Shown here one piece after another: positions 9,068-17,775 of a stretch of DNA of 64,000 nucleotides. The notes below the pieces were generated by a model. The model made no database searches. It was not told where the DNA came from and worked only from the letters and a program-made list of their open reading frames with translations. Source of the stretch: an uncultured Eubacterium sp. (GTDB taxonomy: Bacteria; Bacillota; Clostridia; Peptostreptococcales; Anaerovoracaceae). Every line of letters begins with the position of its first letter. Positions within the stretch are counted from its first letter, which is position 1. Made by a program: the position numbers and the translations under genes. The stretch spans positions 5 through 64,004 of the forward strand of contig CALBGO010000021.1 in assembly GCA_937894585.1 (NCBI GenBank), written 5' to 3'.

Positions 9068-9910
9068 ATGGCAAAGAAAAAAACAATCATTACAGCGGCT
9101 GTAACAGGAGCATGGCCGAAGAAAGAAAACAATCCCAATGTACCGATGACACCGTCTGAAATCGCAGACGATGTATATGAATGCTGGAAGGCAGGCGCAG
9201 CGGTTGCTCACCTGCATATGAGAGATGATGAAGGAAACGGCACGATGGATCACAATAAATTCCGCGAAACCGTAGAACTGATTCATGAAAGATATCCGGA
9301 CTGCGATATTATTCTGAACCTGACTACTTCCGGCGATATTCACGCAGACGACGAAACCAGAGTGCAGCATGTAAAAGAACTGAAACCGGAAATGGCTTCC
9401 TATGACTGTGGTTCTATGAACTGGCTTCATTCCGGACTTTTCATCAACAGCCCGAAATTCTTGGAAGACTGCGGCAAGCTGTTTCAGGAAACAGGCACAA
9501 AACCGGAAATTGAAGCCTTTGACCCGGGTATGATTGCAAATGCAGCTTATTACTTAAAGAAGGGTGTACTGAAAGCGCCTCTTCACTTCCAGTTCTGCAT
9601 GGGCTGCGCCAACGGTATTCCGGGCAGCGTAAAGAACCTGGTATTTATGAAGGAAACCATGGATCAGCTTTGTCCGGGATCCACATGGTCCTGCTTCGGC
9701 GTAGGCCACAGCGCTATGGAAATTATGTATGCGGCACTGGCTCTGGGCGGCAATATCCGTGTAGGTATGGAAGACAATGTTATGTATGAAAAAGGCGTGC
9801 TGGCAGAAAGCAATGCCCAGTTTGTAGCAAGAGCAAAGAGAGTCATCGAAGAATATGGCAATGAAGCTGCAACACCTTCCGAAGCAAGAGAAATTCTGGG
9901 TCTGAAATAG
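9068..9910 (+). CDS. Beta-keto acid cleavage enzyme (BKACE/DUF849), probable triacetate acetoacetate-lyase
   Basis: IITAAVTGA, P.TP.EIA, AHLHMRD Zn motif, RVGMEDN; phloroglucinol pathway context. Confidence 0.85.
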   Translation: MAKKKTIITAAVTGAWPKKENNPNVPMTPSEIADDVYECWKAGAAVAHLHMRDDEGNGTMDHNKFRETVELIHERYPDCDIILNLTTSGDIHADDETRVQHVKELKPEMASYDCGSMNWLHSGLFINSPKFLEDCGKLFQETGTKPEIEAFDPGMIANAAYYLKKGVLKAPLHFQFCMGCANGIPGSVKNLVFMKETMDQLCPGSTWSCFGVGHSAMEIMYAALALGGNIRVGMEDNVMYEKGVLAESNAQFVARAKRVIEEYGNEAATPSEAREILGLK

Positions 9911-10007
9911 GAAGCGGAACTTTCCTGAAAGATTCGGGAGAGAATCCCGAAAAAGTCCGTAAAAATCGGAACTTCGGAAGAACTTGAAAATCTGAAAGGA
10001 AGAAAAT

Positions 10008-10196
10008 ATGACCTGGGGACCTTTATTTATGTATTACGAATGTCCAAAATGCGGCAAGAAATACAAATACGAACTGGATCTAATGACAAGCCTTGGGGAG
10101 CGCTTTGGAATCTGTCCTTTGTGCAGCGCCATGGGAAACTTCGTAAAAGAAGCGCCCCGCACCGCAGGTGATGAAGAATATGAAGAAATCGATTGA
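10008..10196 (+). CDS. Small CxxC...CxxC zinc-ribbon/rubredoxin-like protein
   Basis: CPKC and CPLC motifs, RBS GAAAGGA, fills the gap between two operon genes. Confidence 0.65.
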   Translation: MTWGPLFMYYECPKCGKKYKYELDLMTSLGERFGICPLCSAMGNFVKEAPRTAGDEEYEEID

Positions 10197-10211
10197 TTTT
10201 GGAGGAAAACT

Positions 10212-11159
10212 ATGATTAAAGAAATTGCAGTACTGGGAGCCGGAACCATGGGCCACGGCATTGCTGAATTTTTCGCAATGAACGGCTATCCGGTAAACCT
10301 TTATGAACCTTATGAGCCGATGAGATTGTCTTGTATGGATGCAATCAGAGGAGAGCTTGAATTTCTGGCGGAAAACGATTTAATCAAGCCGGAAGATGTG
10401 CAGGCGTCCTTGGACAGAATTACTGTTTTTGCAGATCTTGCGCCGGCAGTAAAAGATGCCGATTACATTATCGAAGCGACAAGAGAAGACCTTGCGCTGA
10501 AGCAGGATCTCTTTGAGGAACTGGAAAAGCTGACGAAGCCGGAAGCTGTTCTGGCAAGCAATACTTCTTCTCTGTCCCTTTCCGAAATGATTGCAAAAGT
10601 CGGCGAAGAAAAACAGAAGAAATGTATGGTGTGTCACTGGTACAATCCGCCGCACATTATGCCTCTTGTTGAGCTGTCTTTCTTCGGAAATATGGACGAA
10701 GAAACCTTCAATGAAGTCAGAGAGCTGTATAAGAAAACCGGTAAGCAGACCTGTAAGGTTAAAAAAGATGTGCCGGGAATGGTTGCAAACAGAATTCAGC
10801 AGGGTGTTGCAAGAGAAGCTTTTTCTCTGATGGAAATGGATATCGCAGATCCTGAGGATATCGAAACCGCTTTGAAATTCGGACCTGCTTTCCGTTATGC
10901 GACAACAGGTCAGCTGGAGGTTGCCGATATGGGAGGCCTGGATATCTGGTGTACCGTAGGTGACAATCTGCTGTCCGTGATGGATAACAGCAGGAAGGCA
11001 AATCCGATTCTGCGTAAAAAGGTGGAAGAGGGCAAACTTGGCATGAAAAACGGTGAAGGTTTCTTTAAGTATCCGGCAGAAGAGGTACAGGAAAAGAAAA
11101 ATGCCTTCAATAAAAAATTGATTATTCAGCTGAAAGCATCTAAGAATTATGTCAAATAG
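10212..11159 (+). CDS. 3-hydroxyacyl-CoA dehydrogenase family protein, probable (S)-3-hydroxy-5-oxohexanoate dehydrogenase
   Basis: GAGTMG Rossmann motif, ASNTSSL, HWYNPPH, ANRIQ; context with BKACE, PGR and cyclase. Confidence 0.85.
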   Translation: MIKEIAVLGAGTMGHGIAEFFAMNGYPVNLYEPYEPMRLSCMDAIRGELEFLAENDLIKPEDVQASLDRITVFADLAPAVKDADYIIEATREDLALKQDLFEELEKLTKPEAVLASNTSSLSLSEMIAKVGEEKQKKCMVCHWYNPPHIMPLVELSFFGNMDEETFNEVRELYKKTGKQTCKVKKDVPGMVANRIQQGVAREAFSLMEMDIADPEDIETALKFGPAFRYATTGQLEVADMGGLDIWCTVGDNLLSVMDNSRKANPILRKKVEEGKLGMKNGEGFFKYPAEEVQEKKNAFNKKLIIQLKASKNYVK

Positions 11160-12471
11160 TGAAATTAAGTATAATCTTGATGATAAAATGCCTCAAAGAG
11201 AGAACCTGATCTATGCGTGTCAGCATGTGATCTTTTTCGTAGCCTCGGCGGTAGTCATGCCTGTCGTCGCAGGCTACGCCCTGGGTCTCTCCCAGCCGGA
11301 AGTGGCGGATACTCTGCAGCGAACCTTGGTGCTGTGCGGTATTATCTCCATTCTGCAGACGGCACTGGGGCACAGATATCCCATTATTGACGGTCCTGCG
11401 GGACTGTGGTCGGGAATTCTGCTTCTGATGGCGCAGACCATGGACGCTTTTGGGAAAAGCGGCGCGGTTTTGCGTACGGATTTGGAAACAGGTATGATAA
11501 TTGGCGGTGCCGTTATCATAATACTTGTTCTGCTGGGACTGATGAAAAAACTTGTTGCTTTGTTTACTCCTTTAATAAACGGAGTGCTGATTTTGCTCAT
11601 GGTTCTCCAGATAAGTCCCAGCATTGTAAAGGGAATGACCGGTATTACTTCGGAAAATACCGTAATAGACGGAAAAAGTATGGTGGTGTTTTTCTTCACC
11701 ATGATGCTGATTCTGCTTCTGAATATGTTTGCGGGGGGCTTTGTAAGAAGCATCGCAACTTTCCTCGGCGTACTTGCGGGCTGGGTGCTGGCAGCGGTGC
11801 TTGGCATTACAAAGAGCGCAAATCTGACAGACGGAGGCGTGATTTCTCTGCCGGAGCCTTTCGCATGGGGAACGCCGACCTTTGACACAGGCGTGATTGT
11901 AACCTGTATTGTTGCGGCTTTTGTGCTGCTGTCCATGACTTTTGCCAGCATTAACGGAATGTCGGAAGTAGTGGGAGATACGGTAGATGATAAGAGGCTG
12001 CAGAAAACGATTGGCATTCACGGTTTTGCCACGGTGCTGTGCGGAATTTTTCCGACGGTGGCATTTATGCCGTATGTATCGTCTACCGGCATTGTGAAAA
12101 TGACCGGTGTTGCGGCAAGAAAGCCGTTTTATCTGGCTTCCGTATTTATGATTGTGATGGGAATGATTGCGCCGATAGGTGCCTTCTTTTCTACCATTCC
12201 AAGTGCTGTAGGCTATGCGGCGCTGATTATGATTTACGCGCTGATTATGGGTCAGGGCTTTAATGAACTGAAAAAGGTGAAGTTTACCAACAGAGAAAGC
12301 TTTATTACAGGTATTTCCCTGCTGATCGGTATGGGCGTTATGTTCCTGCCGGCAGAAGCGTTCAGCGGTCTTCCTCAGGTTGCGGGCTATATTCTGTCCA
12401 ACGGTCTGATTGACGGTATGGCAGTTGCCTTTCTTCTGGAACATGTGGTGCTGCGGCAGAAAAAGCAGTAA
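11149..12471 (+). CDS. NCS2 (xanthine/uracil permease) family transporter
   Basis: Polytopic membrane protein with QH in TM1, LQT..GHRYP, TG.AAR; overlaps the upstream stop. Confidence 0.82.
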   Translation: MSNSEIKYNLDDKMPQRENLIYACQHVIFFVASAVVMPVVAGYALGLSQPEVADTLQRTLVLCGIISILQTALGHRYPIIDGPAGLWSGILLLMAQTMDAFGKSGAVLRTDLETGMIIGGAVIIILVLLGLMKKLVALFTPLINGVLILLMVLQISPSIVKGMTGITSENTVIDGKSMVVFFFTMMLILLLNMFAGGFVRSIATFLGVLAGWVLAAVLGITKSANLTDGGVISLPEPFAWGTPTFDTGVIVTCIVAAFVLLSMTFASINGMSEVVGDTVDDKRLQKTIGIHGFATVLCGIFPTVAFMPYVSSTGIVKMTGVAARKPFYLASVFMIVMGMIAPIGAFFSTIPSAVGYAALIMIYALIMGQGFNELKKVKFTNRESFITGISLLIGMGVMFLPAEAFSGLPQVAGYILSNGLIDGMAVAFLLEHVVLRQKKQ

Positions 12472-12479
12472 AAAAGTCT

Positions 12480-12980
12480 CTATTCTGAGGCTTTGTCTTC
12501 CGGGCTGATAATGCGAAGAATATCCTCTGCGCTGAGATGGTGGTCATCCGCGGCTTTCATAATATCGCAGATGGCATCATAGTTGTCGAGGAATTTCTTC
12601 AGAGCAACTTCGTATTTTGTTTCCGGGTGGACAACAAAGGCGTCCGGGTCGATTTCGATATTCTGCTCACGCATGCGGTTGATACTCCACACATAGATAA
12701 GGTCGATGGCAGGTATGATTTTTCTGCCGGCTTCTGTCAGATGGTATTCTACCCGCAGCGGAATCTCGTTGTACTGGATGCGCTCGACAAGACCGTCGGC
12801 TACAAGCTCCTTAAGCTGCTGGCTCAAAACCTTTTCACTGACCGGAAAAGTCTTTTTGGTCTTGGAGAAGCGGATATAGCCGTAATAGTTGATATGGTTG
12901 AGAATGCTCATTTTCCACTTTCCTGAAATGCAGGAGAGTGCATAAAGATAAGGGTTGGTTCCCTGTGTGTTATCTGCCAT
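12480..12980 (-). CDS. HxlR (DUF24) winged-helix transcriptional regulator
   Basis: ISGKWK..IL, SEKVLSQQLKEL..DGLV.R, P.RVEY.LT; RBS AAAGGAG. Confidence 0.88.
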   Translation of the reverse strand: MADNTQGTNPYLYALSCISGKWKMSILNHINYYGYIRFSKTKKTFPVSEKVLSQQLKELVADGLVERIQYNEIPLRVEYHLTEAGRKIIPAIDLIYVWSINRMREQNIEIDPDAFVVHPETKYEVALKKFLDNYDAICDIMKAADDHHLSAEDILRIISPEDKASE

Positions 12981-13063
12981 GGGAGGTCTCCTTTCTTGAT
13001 ATGATAACAGTTTACCGAAAAAGCGGCTAAAAGGCAAGCAAAATGCAGTAAAAAGTAACAATA

Positions 13064-13148
13064 TTACCGAAAGGTAAGTGTCTGACCCGATTGTTAGGCG
13101 GTAACAGAAAAGTGCGTAATTGTCAAACAATTTGCGATTTGATACTAT
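13064..13148 (+). promoter_or_regulatory. Candidate HxlR operator and sigmaA promoter for cupin-pgr
   Basis: TTACC-GAAA-GGTAA palindrome 13064-13077; TTGTCA-N17-TACTAT with extended TG at 13120-13148. Confidence 0.5.
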
Positions 13149-13233
13149 GGTATCAAGAAACGATAATAATTTAACAAAGACACAAAGTAAAGACTTAAAA
13201 ATACAGTAAAAATAAAATCAGGAGGAATCTAAA

Positions 13234-13584
13234 ATGATTAAAAGAACTTTAGCAGAGCTGAAACCGTATGATGCTCCGGGTCATTACAATATGACCGCAA
13301 TGAGAGTTCACGGAAAAGAAGAAACCGGCGCAGAAAAATTCTGGATCGGAAAATCCATCTTCCTGCCGGGCGGCGGCGCAGAATGGGCTTACGAAGATAA
13401 TCCGCTGGAAAAGGTATACTATGTGCTCAAAGGCGAAATGACCGTAACCGATAAGGACGGTAAAGAATATGTGGTTCACGCCAACGAATCCATTTCCTTC
13501 CCGCCAAACGAAGGCAGAGGTCTTGAGAACAGAAGCAACGAAGTTGCAGAAATGCTGGTAATCATTAATTACCCTGAAAAATAA
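13234..13584 (+). CDS. Cupin-domain protein
   Basis: EKVYYVLKGEM and FPPNEGRGLEN cupin motifs; strong RBS. Confidence 0.85.
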   Translation: MIKRTLAELKPYDAPGHYNMTAMRVHGKEETGAEKFWIGKSIFLPGGGAEWAYEDNPLEKVYYVLKGEMTVTDKDGKEYVVHANESISFPPNEGRGLENRSNEVAEMLVIINYPEK

Positions 13585-13705
13585 GCGGTCTTATCTGCCG
13601 CCTTCGCATCTCTTCCTCTTTTCGAACTTGCAAGAAGACTGCGGGGGAGGCAGATAAACGCCGCAAGATGCAGTATACAAAATAATTTATACGAGGAGAA
13701 ATATC

Positions 13706-14500
13706 ATGGTAAATGTACAGAAAGAATTTGTAGAAAAATTATTTTCTATCGAAGGAAAAGTTGCTCTGGTAACAGGCGCAACAGGAGCTTTGGGCAGTGC
13801 AGTTGCAGTAGGCTATGCTCTTGCCGGCGCAAAGGTTGTTTTAACAGGCAGAAATGCCGCAAAGCTTGATGAAGTTGCAAAGCAGATTAAGGAAGAAGGC
13901 GGCGAATGCGCATGCGTAGCTGCTGACCCTGCTGTAGAAGAAGATGTAAAGAAGGCTGTAAAGTTTACAGTTGACACTTACGGCGAACTGAACATTCTGG
14001 CTGCATGCCACGGCTTCAACAAGCCTGCAAACATTCTGGAACAGTCCGTAGAGGATTGGAAGAAGATTATGGATGCAGACTGCACCAGCGTTTACCTGCT
14101 TGCCAAATATGCTGCAGAGCAGATGAAAGAACAGGGTAAAGGCGGCAAAATGGTTATCACATCTTCCGCTCGTTCCAAGGCAGGTATGGCAGGATACACA
14201 GGTTATTCCACTGCAAAAGGCGGCGTAGACCTGATGGTTCAGTCTCTGGCATGCGACCTGACTGCACAGTACGGAATCAATGTAAACTCCATCAACCCGA
14301 CCGTATTCCGTTCCGACCTGACAGAGTGGATGTTCGACCCTGAATCCGAAGTTTACAAGAACTTCTTAAAGAGACTGCCGATCGGAAGACTGGGCGAACC
14401 GTATGACTTCGTAGGACTGGCAATCTTCCTGGCATCTCCTGCATCCGACTTCTTAACCGGCGGTAATTATGATGCTACAGGTGGCTACTGGGCCTGCTAA
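13706..14500 (+). CDS. pgr: Phloroglucinol reductase (NADPH-dependent SDR)
   Basis: [49 protein letters not shown] match my recollection of clostridial PGR. Confidence 0.87.
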   Translation: MVNVQKEFVEKLFSIEGKVALVTGATGALGSAVAVGYALAGAKVVLTGRNAAKLDEVAKQIKEEGGECACVAADPAVEEDVKKAVKFTVDTYGELNILAACHGFNKPANILEQSVEDWKKIMDADCTSVYLLAKYAAEQMKEQGKGGKMVITSSARSKAGMAGYTGYSTAKGGVDLMVQSLACDLTAQYGINVNSINPTVFRSDLTEWMFDPESEVYKNFLKRLPIGRLGEPYDFVGLAIFLASPASDFLTGGNYDATGGYWAC

Positions 14501-14625
14501 AGCTTGTTAATTTTCCGCATTGCTGCGGAACTGCTTCAGCCGTGCTCGGTTGTGTACTTCAGTGTACACGCCCTCACTCGTCTTCGCAGCTTCCTGTGCA
14601 CCCTGCGTAAAATTTCCTGCGCTTT
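14499..14625. repeat. ~125-nt structured intergenic element, copy 1
   Basis: Nested stems around TGTAC-loop-GTACAC; shares loop motifs with the copy at 37454-37578. Confidence 0.65.
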
Positions 14626-14981
14626 CTGAAAGGCGTGAAGGGGAAACGGCAAAAGCAGATTACTCCGTTGGAAGCTTGTTGGCTTTCCTGCGCTTTCTGA
14701 AAGCATAAAAGGGAAAAGCGGATTGCTTTATTAGAAGCTTGTTTGTTTTCTGCATTGCCGGCGCAGCTTTCCGAGCTGTGTACCTTGCGAATCTGATTTG
14801 TTTATATGATTCGCTTTGAATAATTTTAGATATATGGAGAAAAGGTTTTCGGAATATGCGGGAATGGTTCCGCAGAGCCTGTAAGGGTCGAGGACTGAAT
14901 GACCGCATATTTGTGAAAACCTTTTCTGCTAAAGAAAAAAAGTAAAAATATTTACGAGTTTAACTCGGGGAGGAAACTAAA

Positions 14982-15992
14982 ATGGGAAAGAAAGTATTTG
15001 TAGATTTAACACATCCGTTCAGCGCTGAAATTCCAAGATGGCCTTATTTTGACAAACCGGAAATCACCAATGCGCACACTATGGCAAAGGGCGGCGTTCT
15101 GACTTCCAAAATCACATGCACTATGCACACAGGCACACATTGTGACGCACCGAGACACGTTATGGAATACGAATTTGACGGCAGAAGAGCTCGTTACACT
15201 CACGAAATGCCGGTAGATGCATACACAGGTGAAGCAGTTGTTCTGAAGCTGGATGTTGCTCCGTGGACTCTGATCACAGGCGAACATCTGGATGCAGCAT
15301 GTGAAGCATGCGGCTTCGATCCGAAAGATCTGGAAGGCAAAGTTCTGTGCCTGAACACAGGTATGCACCGTCTGTTCGATGACTCCAAGGCTTACTATCA
15401 TTATTCCATCGGTACCGGTGTTGATGCAGGTAAATGGTTTGTTGAACACAAAGTTAAGTGCGTAGCTATGGACTCTCAGGCTCTGGACCACCCTCTGCAC
15501 ACTGCAATGGGCAACAACGGTATGACAAGAATGAACCTTCTGGGTGCAACCGGAAAGCCTATCACAGAAGAATACAAAGAACTGTTCGGTGAAGAAGCTT
15601 ACGCTGAATTTGATAAGGAAGAATACATCAGAATTCATGGTCAGGAAGCATATGACGCGAAATTCGGCGATCTGGAAGCAATCGGCTGCTGGGGAACTTG
15701 GGAACCTTGCCACAAGGAAATGCTGGGTCACGGTATCGTAGGCGTTGAAAACCTGGGCGGCGATCTGGACAAGATTCCTGCAGGTAAAGTGTTCACTTTC
15801 TGCTGCTTCCCACTGAGATGGTACATGGGTGACGGTTCTATGGCTCGCTGCGCTGCACAGATCGATGAGGATCTGCTGTTGGATGTTCCTGAACGTACTT
15901 ACGCTTACGGCGGAACCGGTTTCGGTACAGCAGAAGGCAACGGCGACAGCTGCCTCGAATACATGCAGAAATTATTCGGCTACAAGAAATAA
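14982..15992 (+). CDS. Cyclase-family metallohydrolase, probable dihydrophloroglucinol cyclohydrolase
   Basis: HTGTHCDAPRH signature, VENL, PL...GDGS; downstream of pgr. Confidence 0.85.
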   Translation: MGKKVFVDLTHPFSAEIPRWPYFDKPEITNAHTMAKGGVLTSKITCTMHTGTHCDAPRHVMEYEFDGRRARYTHEMPVDAYTGEAVVLKLDVAPWTLITGEHLDAACEACGFDPKDLEGKVLCLNTGMHRLFDDSKAYYHYSIGTGVDAGKWFVEHKVKCVAMDSQALDHPLHTAMGNNGMTRMNLLGATGKPITEEYKELFGEEAYAEFDKEEYIRIHGQEAYDAKFGDLEAIGCWGTWEPCHKEMLGHGIVGVENLGGDLDKIPAGKVFTFCCFPLRWYMGDGSMARCAAQIDEDLLLDVPERTYAYGGTGFGTAEGNGDSCLEYMQKLFGYKK

Positions 15993-16052
15993 TCATTCTG
16001 CAAACTAACAAACTGTATAAACAACTTCAAGAAACATAGTAGAGATACTGTC

Positions 16053-16116
16053 AAAGGAGTCTGGACGCGGAAGGGACAGCGAATTTGGTTGTTCCTTCTG
16101 TGTCCGGACTCCTTTT
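16053..16116 (+). terminator. Long stem-loop between cyclase and MFS (terminator or stabiliser)
   Basis: AAAGGAGTCTGGAC...GTCCGGACTCCTTTT inverted repeat. Confidence 0.6.
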
Positions 16117-16182
16117 CATTGTGAAAAAAATAACTAACAAACTTATGAGGTTAAAACAAATAACGAAAGGCGGAAAAAAGCG

Positions 16183-17484
16183 ATGAGCAATGCGAAAACA
16201 TCACTGACAAATTTCGGCAAAGCGGGCTGGGGCACGATCTTATACTGTTTATTTATGTTTTTCTTTTATGTCGGTATGATTAACGACGGAACCAATGTGC
16301 TGGCTCCGGCTGCTGCTGCCAATATCGGCGTTGAACCGGGAACCATTATCCAGTGGAACGGTTATGCGGGGATGATTGCCGTAGCCGGATTTATCATTGT
16401 CGGTCAGATTAACAAGAAGATCGGCGCAAGAGCTACTTCTGCAATTTTCACCATTTTAGCGGGTATCACTTATATTATCTGCGGAAATGCGACTACATTG
16501 CCGGTTTATGTGATTGCGATGACACTTTGTGCGACCGGTATGATGTCTGCGGGATATATTGCGGGCGGTACTCTGGTTGCTGCATGGTTTCCTAAGAGAA
16601 AGGGAATCGTTATGGGTTACACCACCATGGGCCATAATTTTGCATCGGCATTTTATGTAGCAATTCTGACCGGTCTGGTATCGGCATTCGGTTCCATCAA
16701 AGGCGGCTGTATTCCAATCGGTGTGGCAGCTGTTATTCTGGGCATCATCGGAGCGGTTTTCATCAGAAACACACCGCAGGAAAGAGGTCTGAATCCTGAT
16801 AATGTATCCGATGAAGTTTATAAGAAAGAATATCATCTGGCAGAAAGCGATGACAGCGGATGGACCACTGCAAAGCTTTTAAAGACAAAAGAGCTCTGGT
16901 TTGCGGCCATTGTAACCGGTATGTTTCAGATTTGTTCCGTAGGCGTAATGCAGCAGCTGGTAACGAGAAATATTCGTGATTTCGGTATGAGTGAAGCAGG
17001 CGCTCTGACACTGATGACGGTGGTTGCCTTAATCGGTGTGGTCGGTTCCTGGCTGATTGGCGCTATCGATGAGAGAATCGGCACAAAGAAGACTATGCAG
17101 GGCTTCGGTGTATGGTATGCCGCTGCACTGGTAATCAATGTACTTTCCGGAGGTCATGTGGGATTCCTGTTCTATTTGTCCATCTTTATGATCGGAATGG
17201 GTATCGGCGGTTCCGCAAACTTTACCACTTCACTTCCGACTTCCATTTTCGGCCGTCACGGTTTTGACCATGTAAATTCTGTGATTTTTCCGATTCAGGG
17301 TTTTGTAACAGCATGGTGCTTTGTTATCAACGGAATTGTAACCAATGTAATCGGAAATCTCAATTATGCGTATCTGATTTTTGCAGGCGCAGCAATTATC
17401 GTATCTGTTGCGGTATCCTTTATTGATGAATACAAATTCAATAAGGATCATCACAAAGAACTGGCTGAACACAAAGTCGCATAA
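16183..17484 (+). CDS. MFS transporter
   Basis: ~12 hydrophobic segments, WFPKRKG and GAIDERIGTKK loop motifs. Confidence 0.88.
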   Translation: MSNAKTSLTNFGKAGWGTILYCLFMFFFYVGMINDGTNVLAPAAAANIGVEPGTIIQWNGYAGMIAVAGFIIVGQINKKIGARATSAIFTILAGITYIICGNATTLPVYVIAMTLCATGMMSAGYIAGGTLVAAWFPKRKGIVMGYTTMGHNFASAFYVAILTGLVSAFGSIKGGCIPIGVAAVILGIIGAVFIRNTPQERGLNPDNVSDEVYKKEYHLAESDDSGWTTAKLLKTKELWFAAIVTGMFQICSVGVMQQLVTRNIRDFGMSEAGALTLMTVVALIGVVGSWLIGAIDERIGTKKTMQGFGVWYAAALVINVLSGGHVGFLFYLSIFMIGMGIGGSANFTTSLPTSIFGRHGFDHVNSVIFPIQGFVTAWCFVINGIVTNVIGNLNYAYLIFAGAAIIVSVAVSFIDEYKFNKDHHKELAEHKVA

Positions 17485-17523
17485 TAAACTTCATAATAAA
17501 ACTCTCCTTTAGATAGATAAAAA

Positions 17524-17562
17524 AAGAAGCCCGGGCGGAAAGATTTTCCTGCCGGGTTTCTT
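17524..17562 (+). terminator. Terminator after the MFS gene
   Basis: AAGAAGCCCGG...CCGGGTTTCTT stem. Confidence 0.55.
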
Positions 17563-17775
17563 AATTGTGACGGTGCGCCCGGCGAGCGGGCTGTATGTTG
17601 CTGTCAAAAGCTCCGTTTTTTGAATTTGCAGAAACAGTACGGACTTTGTGAGGATTTTGAGTTTGCAGCAGCGTAGAGGAAAGCTTTTATTGTTATTTTT
17701 CATCAATAATGGTAAAATATTTACATATATACAGGCTGTTTTTTCAGCCGGTGGATTATCAGGAGGATAAACAAT

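Noticed and set aside
2089..17484. Catabolic region as a mobile genomic island
   Set aside because: No integrase, transposase, tRNA target or flanking direct repeats seen, and composition looks native
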